Source: Candidatus Micrarchaeota archaeon (lineage in GTDB: Archaea > Micrarchaeota > Micrarchaeia > Norongarragalinales > JAPLXB01). From it: a stretch of DNA of 64,000 nucleotides. Location: NCBI GenBank assembly GCA_026396285.1, contig JAPLXB010000045.1:343-64342 (forward strand), given 5' to 3'. A model generated the notes under the pieces. It had not been told where the DNA came from. It saw only the letters and a program-made list of their open reading frames with translations, and did not search any database. Position numbers and translations under genes: made by a program. Shown here in pieces: positions 1-8,803 of this stretch (its first letter is position 1; each line of letters starts with the position of its first letter).

Positions 1-16
1 GCCGTGATTACCCGAT

Positions 17-667
17 TCATTTCTTTTCCGGGAACCTTTTCTCAAGGCGCTTCAATTCAGCGAGCCTGTGTTCGGCGAGCCACAGTGACTCGGGCACGTC
101 AAACCCGCCAAGGACGGCGTTCCTCAGGTCGTCGAGTTCCCGCCCCCCGTAAATGTTGTGTTCGTCCACTGCCGCACGGGACGGCGCAAGCCGCTTTTTC
201 ATCACGGTTTCATAAATTTTTTCGAGAGAGACCCGCTTGCCTTCAAGCCCGGCCACCGCCCGCAGAAGCGCTTCGGCCGCCTCCCGGTCGCGGTGGACGT
301 TTTCAAGCGCGTGGTGCGCCCGCGCAATCAACAGCGCCGCGACGGGCTTTTCCTTCGGCTCAAGCTCCAGCCGCGCGGCCCTCTCAACGCCGTAGGTGAC
401 GCTCGGTTTGGAAAGGAAGACGTCCACTGGTGAAACGTGTTTGAGCAAAAGCTGTTTGGCCGCGTCCTTGGGCGCCCCGGAACCAGTGGCCTTTGAAAGA
501 ATGCCGGTGACGAAATCCCCGACCCTTCCCGGCGACGGGTACTTTTCGCCGAGTTTTTTGCGCAACTCTTCCCTGCCCGCCTCCCTTAGCTTCGCGTAAA
601 CCGCGTGTTCCTTCATACCCGGCTTGGCGAACACGCCGTGGCCCTGCAACGTCACCACCAAAAGCAC
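17..667 (-). CDS. hypothetical protein (216 aa)
   Basis: Complete ORF with a plausible start and non-repetitive composition. The overlapping plus-strand ORFs are Arg/Pro-rich antisense artefacts. I recognised no conserved motif. Confidence 0.4.
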   Translation of the reverse strand: MLLVVTLQGHGVFAKPGMKEHAVYAKLREAGREELRKKLGEKYPSPGRVGDFVTGILSKATGSGAPKDAAKQLLLKHVSPVDVFLSKPSVTYGVERAARLELEPKEKPVAALLIARAHHALENVHRDREAAEALLRAVAGLEGKRVSLEKIYETVMKKRLAPSRAAVDEHNIYGGRELDDLRNAVLGGFDVPESLWLAEHRLAELKRLEKRFPEKK

Positions 668-705
668 CTACTATTATAAAAAACGTTTTTCCTTAAATAC
701 TCCGC

Positions 706-835
706 TGCCTCGGTAGCTCAGTTGGTAGAGCGACGCGCTGTTAACGCGTAGGTCGGCCGTTCGAGGAACCTTTTTTGCTCGCTGACGCTCGCAAAAAAGC
801 TTCACCAAAAAAGGTTGGAAAATCGGCCCCGAGGC
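706..835 (+). tRNA. tRNA-Asn (anticodon GTT) carrying a ~57-nt intron inside the T-loop (about 764..820); CCA not encoded
   Basis: Acceptor 5' GCCTCGG (706..712) pairs perfectly with CCGAGGC (828..834), with discriminator G at 835. D-arm is GCTC/GAGC. Anticodon stem ACGCG/CGCGT with loop CTGTTAA gives anticodon GTT and A37. T-stem GGCCG (754..758) pairs with CGGCC (823..827). The T-loop TTCGA..AT is interrupted by an insert whose ends, AACCTTTTTT and AAAAAAGGTT, pair with each other. Confidence 0.7.
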
Positions 836-840
836 GCTTT

Positions 841-2061
841 CTATTTTTCAGCGCCCTTGTCTTCAAAGAGCGTTTTTTCTATTATTTTCCTGACCTTCAG
901 CGCCTCGTAACACAATTTTACAAGCGTGGCGTGCCCCCTGACGCCTTTTCCCGATTCGATGGTTGCGACGAGGCCGAGGGTCTCCAAGTCGTGCAGGTAC
1001 TCGCGGAACCAGCGCGACGTCCGCGGCTCCTGCCCCCCGCGCTTCGCCAGCGAACAATACCGTTCATAGACTTCGCTTGAGAAATACAGCTTGTCCCCGC
1101 CTTCCTCCACCAGTTTCCTGTACTTCGTGTCAAGGGCGAGGGATGCCAGCCCGTAGAGGACGAACTGCTGGTGCTCGGGAAGGGTTGAAATGACTTCGAA
1201 CGCCTTGTCCTCGTCCGCCATCTTCCGCGCCTCCTCCACTTCCTTGTCGGCCACCTTGAGCATGCCCCGGCCCTCGGCGAGCTCGCCTGCCCTGAACAAC
1301 AGGTTGAGTGCATAGCGCGCGTCGCCGTTTTCCTTCGCCGCGATGGCTGCGGCGAGGTTGAGCGCGCTTTCCTCGACCGCCCCGTCCTTGAACGCTTCGG
1401 GAACGCGCTGGAGCAGTATCCCCCTCAATTGGGTGGCGTCGTACGGCTGGAACACGATTTCCTCCTCGCACAGGGAGCTCTTGCTGCGGACGTCGAGGCG
1501 CTGCTTGAAACTGACCCTGTTGCTTATCCCGATCATCGAGATGTTGCCTTTCTTCAGGTCGTCGTTGGCGCGCGTGAGCGTGTAAACGAGGCTGTCCAAG
1601 TCCTTCACCACGTCCACTTCGTCGAGCGCGACCACGAACTGTTTTCCGCCGCTTTCCTCTATCCAGTCCAGCAGCTTCTCGTAGAGCACCGCGAACGAGT
1701 ACCCGGTTTTCGCGAAGTCGGGCTGGTGCTCGGAAATGCATTTCTGGACCGCCTTGTAGCGCGAGTCGTAGATGCGGCAGTTCATGTAAACCGTCTTGAC
1801 GCCGTCCTGTTTTTCGCCGGCGAGCTTCCGGATGACCTGCTTCACCGTCGCAGTCTTTCCGGTGCCCGTCTGTCCGTAAATGAAGAGGTTGCGGGGCTTT
1901 GAATTCTTGAGCGCGGGCGCAAGGGCCACCATGAGCCTCTTGACTTCGGCCTCGCGGAAAATAAGCTTGTTCGGCACGTAGTGGGGCGAAAGTATGTCCC
2001 GGTTCCTGAATACCGTGCCTTGTTCAAGTAATTCGCTGAATTCCCCCAACGTGCCCACCAA
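841..2061 (-). CDS. orc1: Orc1/Cdc6 replication initiator (AAA+ ATPase with winged helix)
   Basis: Walker A IYGQTGTGKT. Walker B VVALDEVD. Sensor motifs and a C-terminal winged-helix region are present. Overall similarity to archaeal Cdc6/Orc1 is strong, and an AT-rich intergenic region lies immediately upstream. Confidence 0.9.
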   Translation of the reverse strand: MVGTLGEFSELLEQGTVFRNRDILSPHYVPNKLIFREAEVKRLMVALAPALKNSKPRNLFIYGQTGTGKTATVKQVIRKLAGEKQDGVKTVYMNCRIYDSRYKAVQKCISEHQPDFAKTGYSFAVLYEKLLDWIEESGGKQFVVALDEVDVVKDLDSLVYTLTRANDDLKKGNISMIGISNRVSFKQRLDVRSKSSLCEEEIVFQPYDATQLRGILLQRVPEAFKDGAVEESALNLAAAIAAKENGDARYALNLLFRAGELAEGRGMLKVADKEVEEARKMADEDKAFEVISTLPEHQQFVLYGLASLALDTKYRKLVEEGGDKLYFSSEVYERYCSLAKRGGQEPRTSRWFREYLHDLETLGLVATIESGKGVRGHATLVKLCYEALKVRKIIEKTLFEDKGAEK

Positions 2062-2221
2062 ACGCGCCGGCCGCGGCCGGTGCAGAAAGAAAGTGGGTGG
2101 ATTGTTTTTTAAATAAGTTGCTTGTGAATTTGTTGGTTTGGAAGCAAAGGGTTTTTAATAAACTCCCCCAAAACCAAATGTTAAAAAAACCGCGTTAGAA
2201 AACTCGTTCAGGGGTGTTTTC
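2062..2221. other. candidate replication origin / divergent promoter region between orc1 and sepF
   Basis: 160-bp ORF-free tract with much lower GC than its flanks, lying directly next to orc1/cdc6. An imperfect inverted repeat, TTGGTTTGG (2133..2141) and CCAAAACCAAA (2168..2178), flanks a T/A-rich stretch. TATA-like boxes sit at 2105..2116 (serving orc1 on the minus strand) and at TTAAAAAAA 2181..2189 (33 nt upstream of the sepF ATG). Confidence 0.3.
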
Positions 2222-2590
2222 ATGGGAATACTCACAAAACTGACAAAAGCCCTCGGCCTAGCCAAGGACATGAACATAGAGGACTTCATGACCGCCAGCG
2301 AGGCGGAGGAAGTGGACGTTCTCCACCAGGCCGCTGACTTCTACGTAAAGCCGATTGGCCTCCAGACAGACTCCGACATCAAGGCGGTCGAAGACGAATT
2401 GAACCAGAGGAACCTAATCCTGTTGAACATAACGCCGATTGCGAGGAACCCCGTGAAGCTCAAGAGCGCGGTCAACGAGCTCCGTTCCTTCGTGCACAAG
2501 ATAAACGGCGACATCGCGCGCATAGACGAGGACAAGATCCTCCTGACGCCCGCGAACGTCAAGATAGTCAAGAGGAAGAAACTCGGGTGA
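2222..2590 (+). CDS. sepF: SepF-like cell-division protein (FtsZ membrane anchor, DUF552)
   Basis: 122 aa. The N-terminal MGILTKLTKALG amphipathic helix and the C-terminal GDIARIDEDKILLTPANVKIVKRKKLG closely match the archaeal SepF pattern (GDIV..G.D.I.ITP..V.I.R.K). Confidence 0.75.
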   Translation: MGILTKLTKALGLAKDMNIEDFMTASEAEEVDVLHQAADFYVKPIGLQTDSDIKAVEDELNQRNLILLNITPIARNPVKLKSAVNELRSFVHKINGDIARIDEDKILLTPANVKIVKRKKLG

Positions 2591-2699
2591 GCCCGGGCAA
2601 GCGCCTTCCCGCGGCCGCGGCAACATCTGGCAAACCTTATTTCTGCCCCGAGCCCGCGGCCCGCTGCGCACGTTTAAAAAACACGGCGGCCCTCTCTTT

Positions 2700-3779
2700 T
2701 TGGTTTTCATGCAATTGGACGCGCCCGGTTTCTCGACTGTCCTCACTCCGGAGATAGCGCTCGGCATGGTGCAGAAGGCGCTTGCCAAGAAAAACTGGAA
2801 AAAATACGACATCGCGCAGATAAAGCTCGTTTACTCCCCTTACTGGGTGTTTTCCTTCGATGTGTTCGCCGAAGGCAACGTTCCGACGGGCAAGGCGGCG
2901 CTCAACGCCTTCACCGGCGAACTCAACGAATTCGTCCCCATGCTTTTGGACCGGCCCCTGAAAAAGACGAGGGACGTCGGGAAGGACTGCGAAGTCGAGC
3001 AGACCACGATTTCATCCGGCGAAGTCAAGGAAACCGCGGCCGCCAAGGTCGCGGCCCACGCGGGCATAAAAAAGGACTCCGTCGTCGCTTCCGCGGTCTC
3101 GAAAATCTACGCCCCGTTCTACCGCATCTGGGTGGACGTCGCGGACGACACGTTCAAGATAGACGTGGACGCGTGCCTCGGCGCGGCATTCGGTCTCGAG
3201 GCGATTCCCGAGAGGGAAAAGACGTGGGAGGAGTCGACTTCCGAGACCCTTGAGAAAATGAAGTCGCCCAAGGGGTGGATGGAGCTCGGCGCGCAGACTG
3301 TCGGGGCGGTCGCGGGCGGCGCCAAGGGCGCGAAAACAGGCGGCATGACCGACTGGCTGTTCGGGAGCCGCGAAGGCCACTACGTGATTCTCGCGGTGAT
3401 AATCCTTGCGGCGGCGTGGTATCTGTTCATGAAGCCCCAGGAATTCGTGTTTTCCTGCGACCCGGCTTCCAGGTTTCTGGCGGAGAAAAAAGGCTTGTTC
3501 GGCTCAACCAAGGTCATGGTGCCCCAGGCAATCAACCAAAGCAGCCGCCTGACCGTCTCCGGCGCGTGCCTCATAACCAACAAGGGCTCCAAGCCGCTTT
3601 CAATCGTGCTCAAGATTTCAATCGTCGAGGACGGGAAGCAGAACCCGGCGGCGTTTGAAACAATCTACTTGAACGACGTGCCGCCCTCGGATATGGCGGT
3701 GAACAAGACCTTTTCAATAGAGTGGGAACGCAAGCCGGGAGTCAAGGAGTACGCGGTCAGCGCCGAACGCGTCGCGTGA
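2700..3779 (+). CDS. hypothetical protein with one central transmembrane helix (359 aa), adjacent to sepF
   Basis: Complete ORF with a single hydrophobic helix, HYVILAVIILAAAWYLFM. No recognisable catalytic motif. Its stop overlaps the downstream convergent methyltransferase gene by 23 nt. Confidence 0.45.
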   Translation: MVFMQLDAPGFSTVLTPEIALGMVQKALAKKNWKKYDIAQIKLVYSPYWVFSFDVFAEGNVPTGKAALNAFTGELNEFVPMLLDRPLKKTRDVGKDCEVEQTTISSGEVKETAAAKVAAHAGIKKDSVVASAVSKIYAPFYRIWVDVADDTFKIDVDACLGAAFGLEAIPEREKTWEESTSETLEKMKSPKGWMELGAQTVGAVAGGAKGAKTGGMTDWLFGSREGHYVILAVIILAAAWYLFMKPQEFVFSCDPASRFLAEKKGLFGSTKVMVPQAINQSSRLTVSGACLITNKGSKPLSIVLKISIVEDGKQNPAAFETIYLNDVPPSDMAVNKTFSIEWERKPGVKEYAVSAERVA

Positions 3780-4503
3780 AAAGTTTCCTCATCCCGCTGA
3801 GCGCAGCGAACAGCGCCTGCGCCTCGTCGTCGCCCGGCCTCGCGCGCGCCACCACCTGGCTGAACGCCCGTGAAACCTTTTCCTTGTCCCTGACTGCCGG
3901 AAGCACTGAAACGGTTTCCTTGAACATGCGCGCCAGCCTCTCCACCTTTCCCTTGGCTGCGGGCCTGTAAAGCGGTTTCCCGTCCCTCGTGCCTGCATTC
4001 AATTCGTACAGCACGACTGCGACCGCGTGGGAAAGGTTCAGCACCGGGTACTTTGCGCCCGCAGGAATGTTTACAATGGCGTCGCATTTCTTCAAGTCAT
4101 CCAGTCCCAGCCCGCGGCCCTCGCTCCCGAACACGAGCGCCACCTCCCCTCCGCGGGAAGCGCCTTTTGCCCCTGCTCCGCCCCTTTCGGAAACGATTTC
4201 CGCGAGTCCGCGCGGCGTCACGCAGTTCTTGATGCTCCTCCAATAGCGCCTCGGCGCGCCAGTGGTTCCGGCGACGAACGAGCAGCCGCGCACCGCTGTT
4301 TCAAGCGACTTCGCCTGCCGCGCGTTTTTCAGCAGGGGCCACGCGTGCTTGGCGAACATTTTTGCCAGGAAACCAAGCCCGGCTTTGGGCCTCACGAGCC
4401 ACAGTTCGCGGGCGCCGAAGTTTTCCATCGCCCTCGCGACGCTGCCTAAGTTTATCTCGTATTCCGGTTCCACCAGCACGATTCTCACACGCACAAGCGC
4501 CAC
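3757..4503 (-). CDS. SpoU/TrmH-family (SPOUT) RNA 2'-O-methyltransferase
   Basis: SPOUT motifs are present: VLVEPEYEINLGSVARAMENFG, VFGSEGRGL and IPAGAKYPVLNLSHAVAVVLYEL. Confidence 0.75.
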   Translation of the reverse strand: MALVRVRIVLVEPEYEINLGSVARAMENFGARELWLVRPKAGLGFLAKMFAKHAWPLLKNARQAKSLETAVRGCSFVAGTTGAPRRYWRSIKNCVTPRGLAEIVSERGGAGAKGASRGGEVALVFGSEGRGLGLDDLKKCDAIVNIPAGAKYPVLNLSHAVAVVLYELNAGTRDGKPLYRPAAKGKVERLARMFKETVSVLPAVRDKEKVSRAFSQVVARARPGDDEAQALFAALSGMRKLFTRRVRR

Positions 4504-4759
4504 CTTTCCGCATCCGGTTTACATCCGCTTTTCTTTCCGGCCTTTCACTGAACCACTCAGGCAGGAAACACCATGCAGCTGGCAAAAATAAATTTTTTGT
4601 TTGCTCCAACTGCATGGTGTTTGGAAGCCGCTGGCTTCAGCCAGCGGCTCCGGCACTGGAAGGCCTGCACGTTGCAGACGGGCTCAGGCCTGAGTGGTTC
4701 ACTCCTTTGTTTTCTTCCCAGGACAAGGTTTTTTTAACCACCGGCTGGACAAGAAATTG

Positions 4760-6007
4760 ATGAAAAAGCTTTTGCCAGCGCTCCTTGCCGCAGTCCTGCT
4801 CCTGCAGTTCGCAGCCGGGATTTCAAGCGCCGAGGCCGCTGCCGCTGTCGGCGAATACGTCGGGACGGACAACCTGGAGAAAATGGACATAATCGAGTCG
4901 CCGTTGGAATACCGCGAGACGCAGTACTACGTCTTCTACTATCCCCCGCCGCCGGTTTCAAAGAACAGGCTCGTGGCGGCAGTCGCGTCCAGCGGCCAGG
5001 CAGTGGACGGCGACGATTTGCTGGGCGCCATTGCGCTCTCGGCCCACAAGTACGCGGTGTGGCAGATTCTTGAATCCACGTACTACCTGTCTTTCGGGGA
5101 TTTTTCCGCGTTTTCAAGCGACTTCAGGAAACGCCTTGCCGCGGCCTCTCCGGAGGCAGTCATTTCCTCAATCCAGTCCACTTACCCGTCGGTGACCCTG
5201 CTCCAGGTTGAGGGAAAGCTTTCGCTCATGGAGGCGAAACTCGACCTGCTTTCAGAGGTTTTGGACCAGGGGATGGAAAAGAGGGCGGTGTTCACCACGC
5301 AATACGCTTCTGACGCGCTGTCAAACCTGTTCTCCCACTACGTGCGCACCTTCTCGTCCTTCAGGGAGTTCCTTGACGCGGCCGAAGCCTACCAGTCGGC
5401 GGTGCTTGACGCGCAGGACAAGGTGAGGAACTCTAAGAACCTCACTGTTTCCGAAAAAGAGAGCGTGCTCAAGGCGTTGTCCCCGCTTTATGACGCCGGG
5501 AATCCGGGAAAGTTCAAGGATTCCTTCAAGTCGGGCGCCGCTTACTACGATTCAAGCGCGCTTGACGCGGGAAAATGGGCGAACGACAGCGTGGAGGGCT
5601 TCCTGTTCCTCAAGGCGAAGGTGGACGCGCTCAACGCCTATGCCCAGGTGCAGCCCAGGGTCGGGCAGATGCTGTCCAACGAGTTCTCATTCAAGGCCTG
5701 CGCGCTCGCCGACGACTGGAAAAAGCTCTCGGACGCGTGGAAGAAGGTTGAGGCGCTGAAACTCAGGGCCACCAGGGAAGCGTACCTCAACATGTCCGCG
5801 AGGATGGGCGAAGCCGATTCAATGGCGGTTTCGCTGAACGACAAGTACTCGCGGTGCATCCAGGCCACGCCGACGCCGGCTGCCGGCGGTGAAACAAGTT
5901 CCCTGGTCCAAGCAGGCCTCGCCGTGGCCGTAATCGCTTTGATCGGCTTCGCCGGCTACCGGTACTACATGCAGAAGAAACAGGAACAGGAGGAGCGCGG
6001 AGAATAA
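4760..6007 (+). CDS. secreted protein with N-terminal signal peptide and C-terminal transmembrane anchor (about 415 aa from the ATG at 4760)
   Basis: After the internal Met the protein begins with the signal MKKLLPALLAAVLLLQFAAGISSAEA. The C-terminus carries a Thr/Pro linker (TPTPAAGGETSS), then the helix LVQAGLAVAVIALIGFAGY, then a short basic tail. This resembles an archaeal C-terminal sorting signal. The annotated upstream extension from 4694 lacks a signal-peptide context. Confidence 0.5.
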   Translation: MKKLLPALLAAVLLLQFAAGISSAEAAAAVGEYVGTDNLEKMDIIESPLEYRETQYYVFYYPPPPVSKNRLVAAVASSGQAVDGDDLLGAIALSAHKYAVWQILESTYYLSFGDFSAFSSDFRKRLAAASPEAVISSIQSTYPSVTLLQVEGKLSLMEAKLDLLSEVLDQGMEKRAVFTTQYASDALSNLFSHYVRTFSSFREFLDAAEAYQSAVLDAQDKVRNSKNLTVSEKESVLKALSPLYDAGNPGKFKDSFKSGAAYYDSSALDAGKWANDSVEGFLFLKAKVDALNAYAQVQPRVGQMLSNEFSFKACALADDWKKLSDAWKKVEALKLRATREAYLNMSARMGEADSMAVSLNDKYSRCIQATPTPAAGGETSSLVQAGLAVAVIALIGFAGYRYYMQKKQEQEERGE

Positions 6008-6010
6008 GGG

Positions 6011-6775
6011 ATGGTCGTCGTGCGCGCCGAACCACCGCTCCAGGAACGCCCGCGCCTGCATGCAGCTGACAGAATACAGGCAATTGATTTCGCGAGGGGC
6101 GCCAACCTCGCCCTCATGGTCCTCTTCAACTACTCGGTCACACTGGATTATTTCGGGTTGGTAAGCATCCCGGCCGGCCCCCTGTACTGGACGCTTTACC
6201 CCGCCTTGATTGCTTCGGCGTTCATCTTCATTTCCGGGGCAGTGGCGCGCTTCGCCTCCCAAAAACGCGGCAAAAATTTTGCGCCAGGGTATTTTGCGCG
6301 GGGGCTCAGGCTAGTTGTTTTCGCGGCAGCCATAACCGGCTTCACCCTGCTTTTCGTCCCAAAGGCCGCGGTTTTGTTCGGAATACTCCACTTCTTCGCC
6401 TTCACCTCGTTCCTCGTGCCTCTTCTGGCAAAAAGGGACTGGATGAACATGAACCTCGTCGGCGGCCTCCTGGCAATCGCGGCTGGCCTATTGCTCCAGG
6501 TGGCGCGTTTTGACTTCCCCTACCTGTTGTGGCTCGGTTTCGTGCCAAATAATTTTTTCACCCTTGATTACTTCCCGGTCCTGCCGTGGGTCGGGGTGCT
6601 GATGCTGGGCATTTATTTCGGGAAAAAAGTCGTTGAAAAAACCGCAAAAATCAGAATCAGCGGGCGTGCCGCGGGCTTTTTCTCCTTCTTGGGCAGGAAC
6701 TCCCTTGCAATATACCTGGTCCACCAGCCGGTTCTGGTGCTTTTGCTGCTGGTCATGGGATTCAGGACGCCCTGA
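6011..6775 (+). CDS. polytopic membrane protein, probable DUF1624-like acyltransferase-fold family
   Basis: N-terminal RIQAIDFARG motif followed by 7 to 8 hydrophobic helices and a C-terminal LAIYLVHQP motif, as seen in DUF1624 / heparan N-acetyltransferase-like proteins. The exact start is uncertain. Confidence 0.45.
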   Translation: MVVVRAEPPLQERPRLHAADRIQAIDFARGANLALMVLFNYSVTLDYFGLVSIPAGPLYWTLYPALIASAFIFISGAVARFASQKRGKNFAPGYFARGLRLVVFAAAITGFTLLFVPKAAVLFGILHFFAFTSFLVPLLAKRDWMNMNLVGGLLAIAAGLLLQVARFDFPYLLWLGFVPNNFFTLDYFPVLPWVGVLMLGIYFGKKVVEKTAKIRISGRAAGFFSFLGRNSLAIYLVHQPVLVLLLLVMGFRTP

Positions 6776-6809
6776 CGCCGCGGCCCATCGCCATCGCTTG
6801 CGGCACGAG

Positions 6810-7700
6810 TCACTTGAGGTGCAGTTCCACGATGTCTCCGTCTGCAGGCTCGTAGTCCGCGCCCACCTGCTGGCCCGGGAACTTCGCCGAACCCCACACG
6901 CGCGCGTAGTCCAGGCCGCTGGCGAGTTCCTTGTGAATCTGCCTCGCCACGTCCAGCACGGTGCCGCCGGACTTTATCACGACCGGCTTCTCGTAGTCAG
7001 GCTCCCCGCGCGGCGTCTTCGTGAAAACCCTGACGACCCCGAGGGCGGAATAAATCCTTTCCTTCAGCGCCGTGACGCTTTTTGCGTCAGCCGTGTCGTA
7101 GTCCTTTTCCCGCGCCAGCCAAAGGATGTTTTTGCCGGGCAGGAAAACGCGGGCCGCCTCGTCGAAAAACCTTTTCGCGCCTTTTGCTTCCGCTTCCCCG
7201 CCTCCCCTGTCGAGGATGATTATCACTAGGTCGGCCTGGCGCGCGAACGCGAACAGCTTGGCCTTGTTTGATTCATTCATGCTCGGCGTGTCAATGACCT
7301 GCGCCTGCACTTTTTTCACTACCATCATGCCCGGCGCCGCTTCCCTGGTTTCAAAGGGCACGGGCGTGCTCTGTTTCCTCAGCCCGGTGACCGCGTTGAA
7401 CAACGCGGTTTTTCCCGCGTTCTGGAAGCCCAGCAGCACGACCTGTGCGTCGCCCTGCTTGCGCACGAACTCGCCGCGGCCTCCCCTTGCGGCTTTTTTC
7501 TTCGCCTTCTCCTTCGCCTCCTCCTTCCTCAGGCGCGCGAGCCTGTTTTTTATCTCCATGAGGATGCTTTGGGCGCCCTTGTGCTTGGGGCACAGGCTCA
7601 GCATTTCCTCGAGCGCGGCCTTCTTCTCCTCGAAGGTTTTGGCGGCGCGGTACCTCGCTTCAGCCGCGTAGTATTCCGGCGTGGCGTTCAGGGAAGCCAT
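6810..7700 (-). CDS. DRG/Obg-like GTP-binding protein with C-terminal TGS domain
   Basis: The N-terminal helix and Gly-rich segment (LARLRKEE...GGRGEFVRKQGDAQVVLLGFQNAGKTALFNAVTG) match the DRG N-terminus and G1 motif. The G domain is unusually short. The C-terminal TGS-like segment VVIKSGGTVLDVARQIHKELASGLDYARVWG...GDIVELH is present. Confidence 0.7.
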   Translation of the reverse strand: MASLNATPEYYAAEARYRAAKTFEEKKAALEEMLSLCPKHKGAQSILMEIKNRLARLRKEEAKEKAKKKAARGGRGEFVRKQGDAQVVLLGFQNAGKTALFNAVTGLRKQSTPVPFETREAAPGMMVVKKVQAQVIDTPSMNESNKAKLFAFARQADLVIIILDRGGGEAEAKGAKRFFDEAARVFLPGKNILWLAREKDYDTADAKSVTALKERIYSALGVVRVFTKTPRGEPDYEKPVVIKSGGTVLDVARQIHKELASGLDYARVWGSAKFPGQQVGADYEPADGDIVELHLK

Positions 7701-7774
7701 GCATTTAGCTAGGGTGCGGTGGATTAAAATTCTTCAGTGGCCGCTGCCGCGGTTCAGCTGCCCGCGTGTTTGTT

Positions 7775-8146
7775 TCACTGTTCGTATCCTTTTTTCTGCG
7801 GCGCGCCGAACGACTTGCGCTTGGGCACGTACTTGCGCCAGTCGATTTCGCCGGCTTTTATTTTTTCCACGAATTTCGCGAACTTTTTGTTCAGGGCGCG
7901 CTTGGTCTCGGGCGAATTGAATTTTTCCGGAAGCCGCTTGAACGTCGGGTATTCGGCGAGGTGGTAGAACGTCGCCTCATGCGCATCCCTTTCCTCCTTC
8001 CTGCCCTTCCCGGGCTCCCAGAACTGTTTTCCCTTCTCCTTTAGTTCCCTCAGCCTCTTGGCTGCGAAGCCAGCGAGGAGGCTCGTCCCTTCCTCGGCGC
8101 GGGAGAGTTTCTCGGGTTTTATCGGAACCATTGGCATCATCCGCAT
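7775..8146 (-). CDS. small basic hypothetical protein (123 aa)
   Basis: Lys/Arg-rich complete ORF. Its start codon overlaps the stop of the upstream Mtq2 methyltransferase gene (ATGA, shared base 8146), which suggests translational coupling. No motif recognised. Confidence 0.35.
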   Translation of the reverse strand: MRMMPMVPIKPEKLSRAEEGTSLLAGFAAKRLRELKEKGKQFWEPGKGRKEERDAHEATFYHLAEYPTFKRLPEKFNSPETKRALNKKFAKFVEKIKAGEIDWRKYVPKRKSFGAPQKKGYEQ

Positions 8147-8766
8147 CAGGCCGCTGCCTCGTTGTCGGGGTTTTTCTCCGCTTTTATTACAGTGATTTTC
8201 TCGAAGAAAAACCTTTTCTCGCCCGCGGTTTCGGCGCTGAAGCCTTTTTGCGCCAGTTTTTTGAGCGTCTTCCCCTCGTCCGACAGCGAGCTTGACAGGA
8301 ACAAAAGTTTTCCGCGCGGCGCCAAATGCCTGTCGAACTCGTCGAGGAACCGGTCAATGACTTTCCTCCCTGTTTTCCCGCCGTCCCATGCGGCCGAGTC
8401 CGCGAACCTCTTCTCGCCGGGGGAAACCGGCAGGTAAGGGGGGTTGAACGCGATGGTGTCGAACTTTCCCTTTACCGCGGAGAAAAGGTCGGTTTGGACG
8501 AAAGTGATTTTGCCCCCTGCGCCGTTTTTTCCGGCGTTCGCGCGGGCGGCCTCGAGGGCTTCCTTGCCCGCGTCCGCGGAGACAACCGCATTAACTTCCT
8601 TTTTCCTCGCCGCGGTGATTCCCTGGATGCCGCACCCCGTGCCCATGTCCAATACCCTGCCGGCCGCGAACTTTTCAACGGCCTCGGCCAGCAGGAAAGA
8701 GTCCTCGCGCGGCGCGTAGACCGCTTCAGTGAAGGAAAAGCGCATGCCGCGCCATTCGGTTTCCAA
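8146..8766 (-). CDS. HemK/Mtq2-type N5-glutamine (release-factor) methyltransferase
   Basis: Catalytic NPPY motif (TIAFNPPYLP). SAM-binding motif VLDMGTGCGIQG. Small-domain methyltransferase architecture typical of archaeal Mtq2. Confidence 0.7.
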   Translation of the reverse strand: METEWRGMRFSFTEAVYAPREDSFLLAEAVEKFAAGRVLDMGTGCGIQGITAARKKEVNAVVSADAGKEALEAARANAGKNGAGGKITFVQTDLFSAVKGKFDTIAFNPPYLPVSPGEKRFADSAAWDGGKTGRKVIDRFLDEFDRHLAPRGKLLFLSSSLSDEGKTLKKLAQKGFSAETAGEKRFFFEKITVIKAEKNPDNEAAA

Positions 8767-8803
8767 TCCACTCGCCGCCGCACCACTGCAATTGAATCCG
8801 GGG

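Noticed and set aside
4-399. 131-aa plus-strand ORF, Arg/Ala/Pro-rich
   Set aside because: Antisense to the better-supported 17..667 ORF. Composition typical of wrong-frame translation of high-GC DNA.
1130-1741. 203-aa ORF (and several others of 76 to 157 aa) inside orc1
   Set aside because: Arg/Gly/Pro-rich, overlapping the strongly supported Orc1/Cdc6 gene in another frame.
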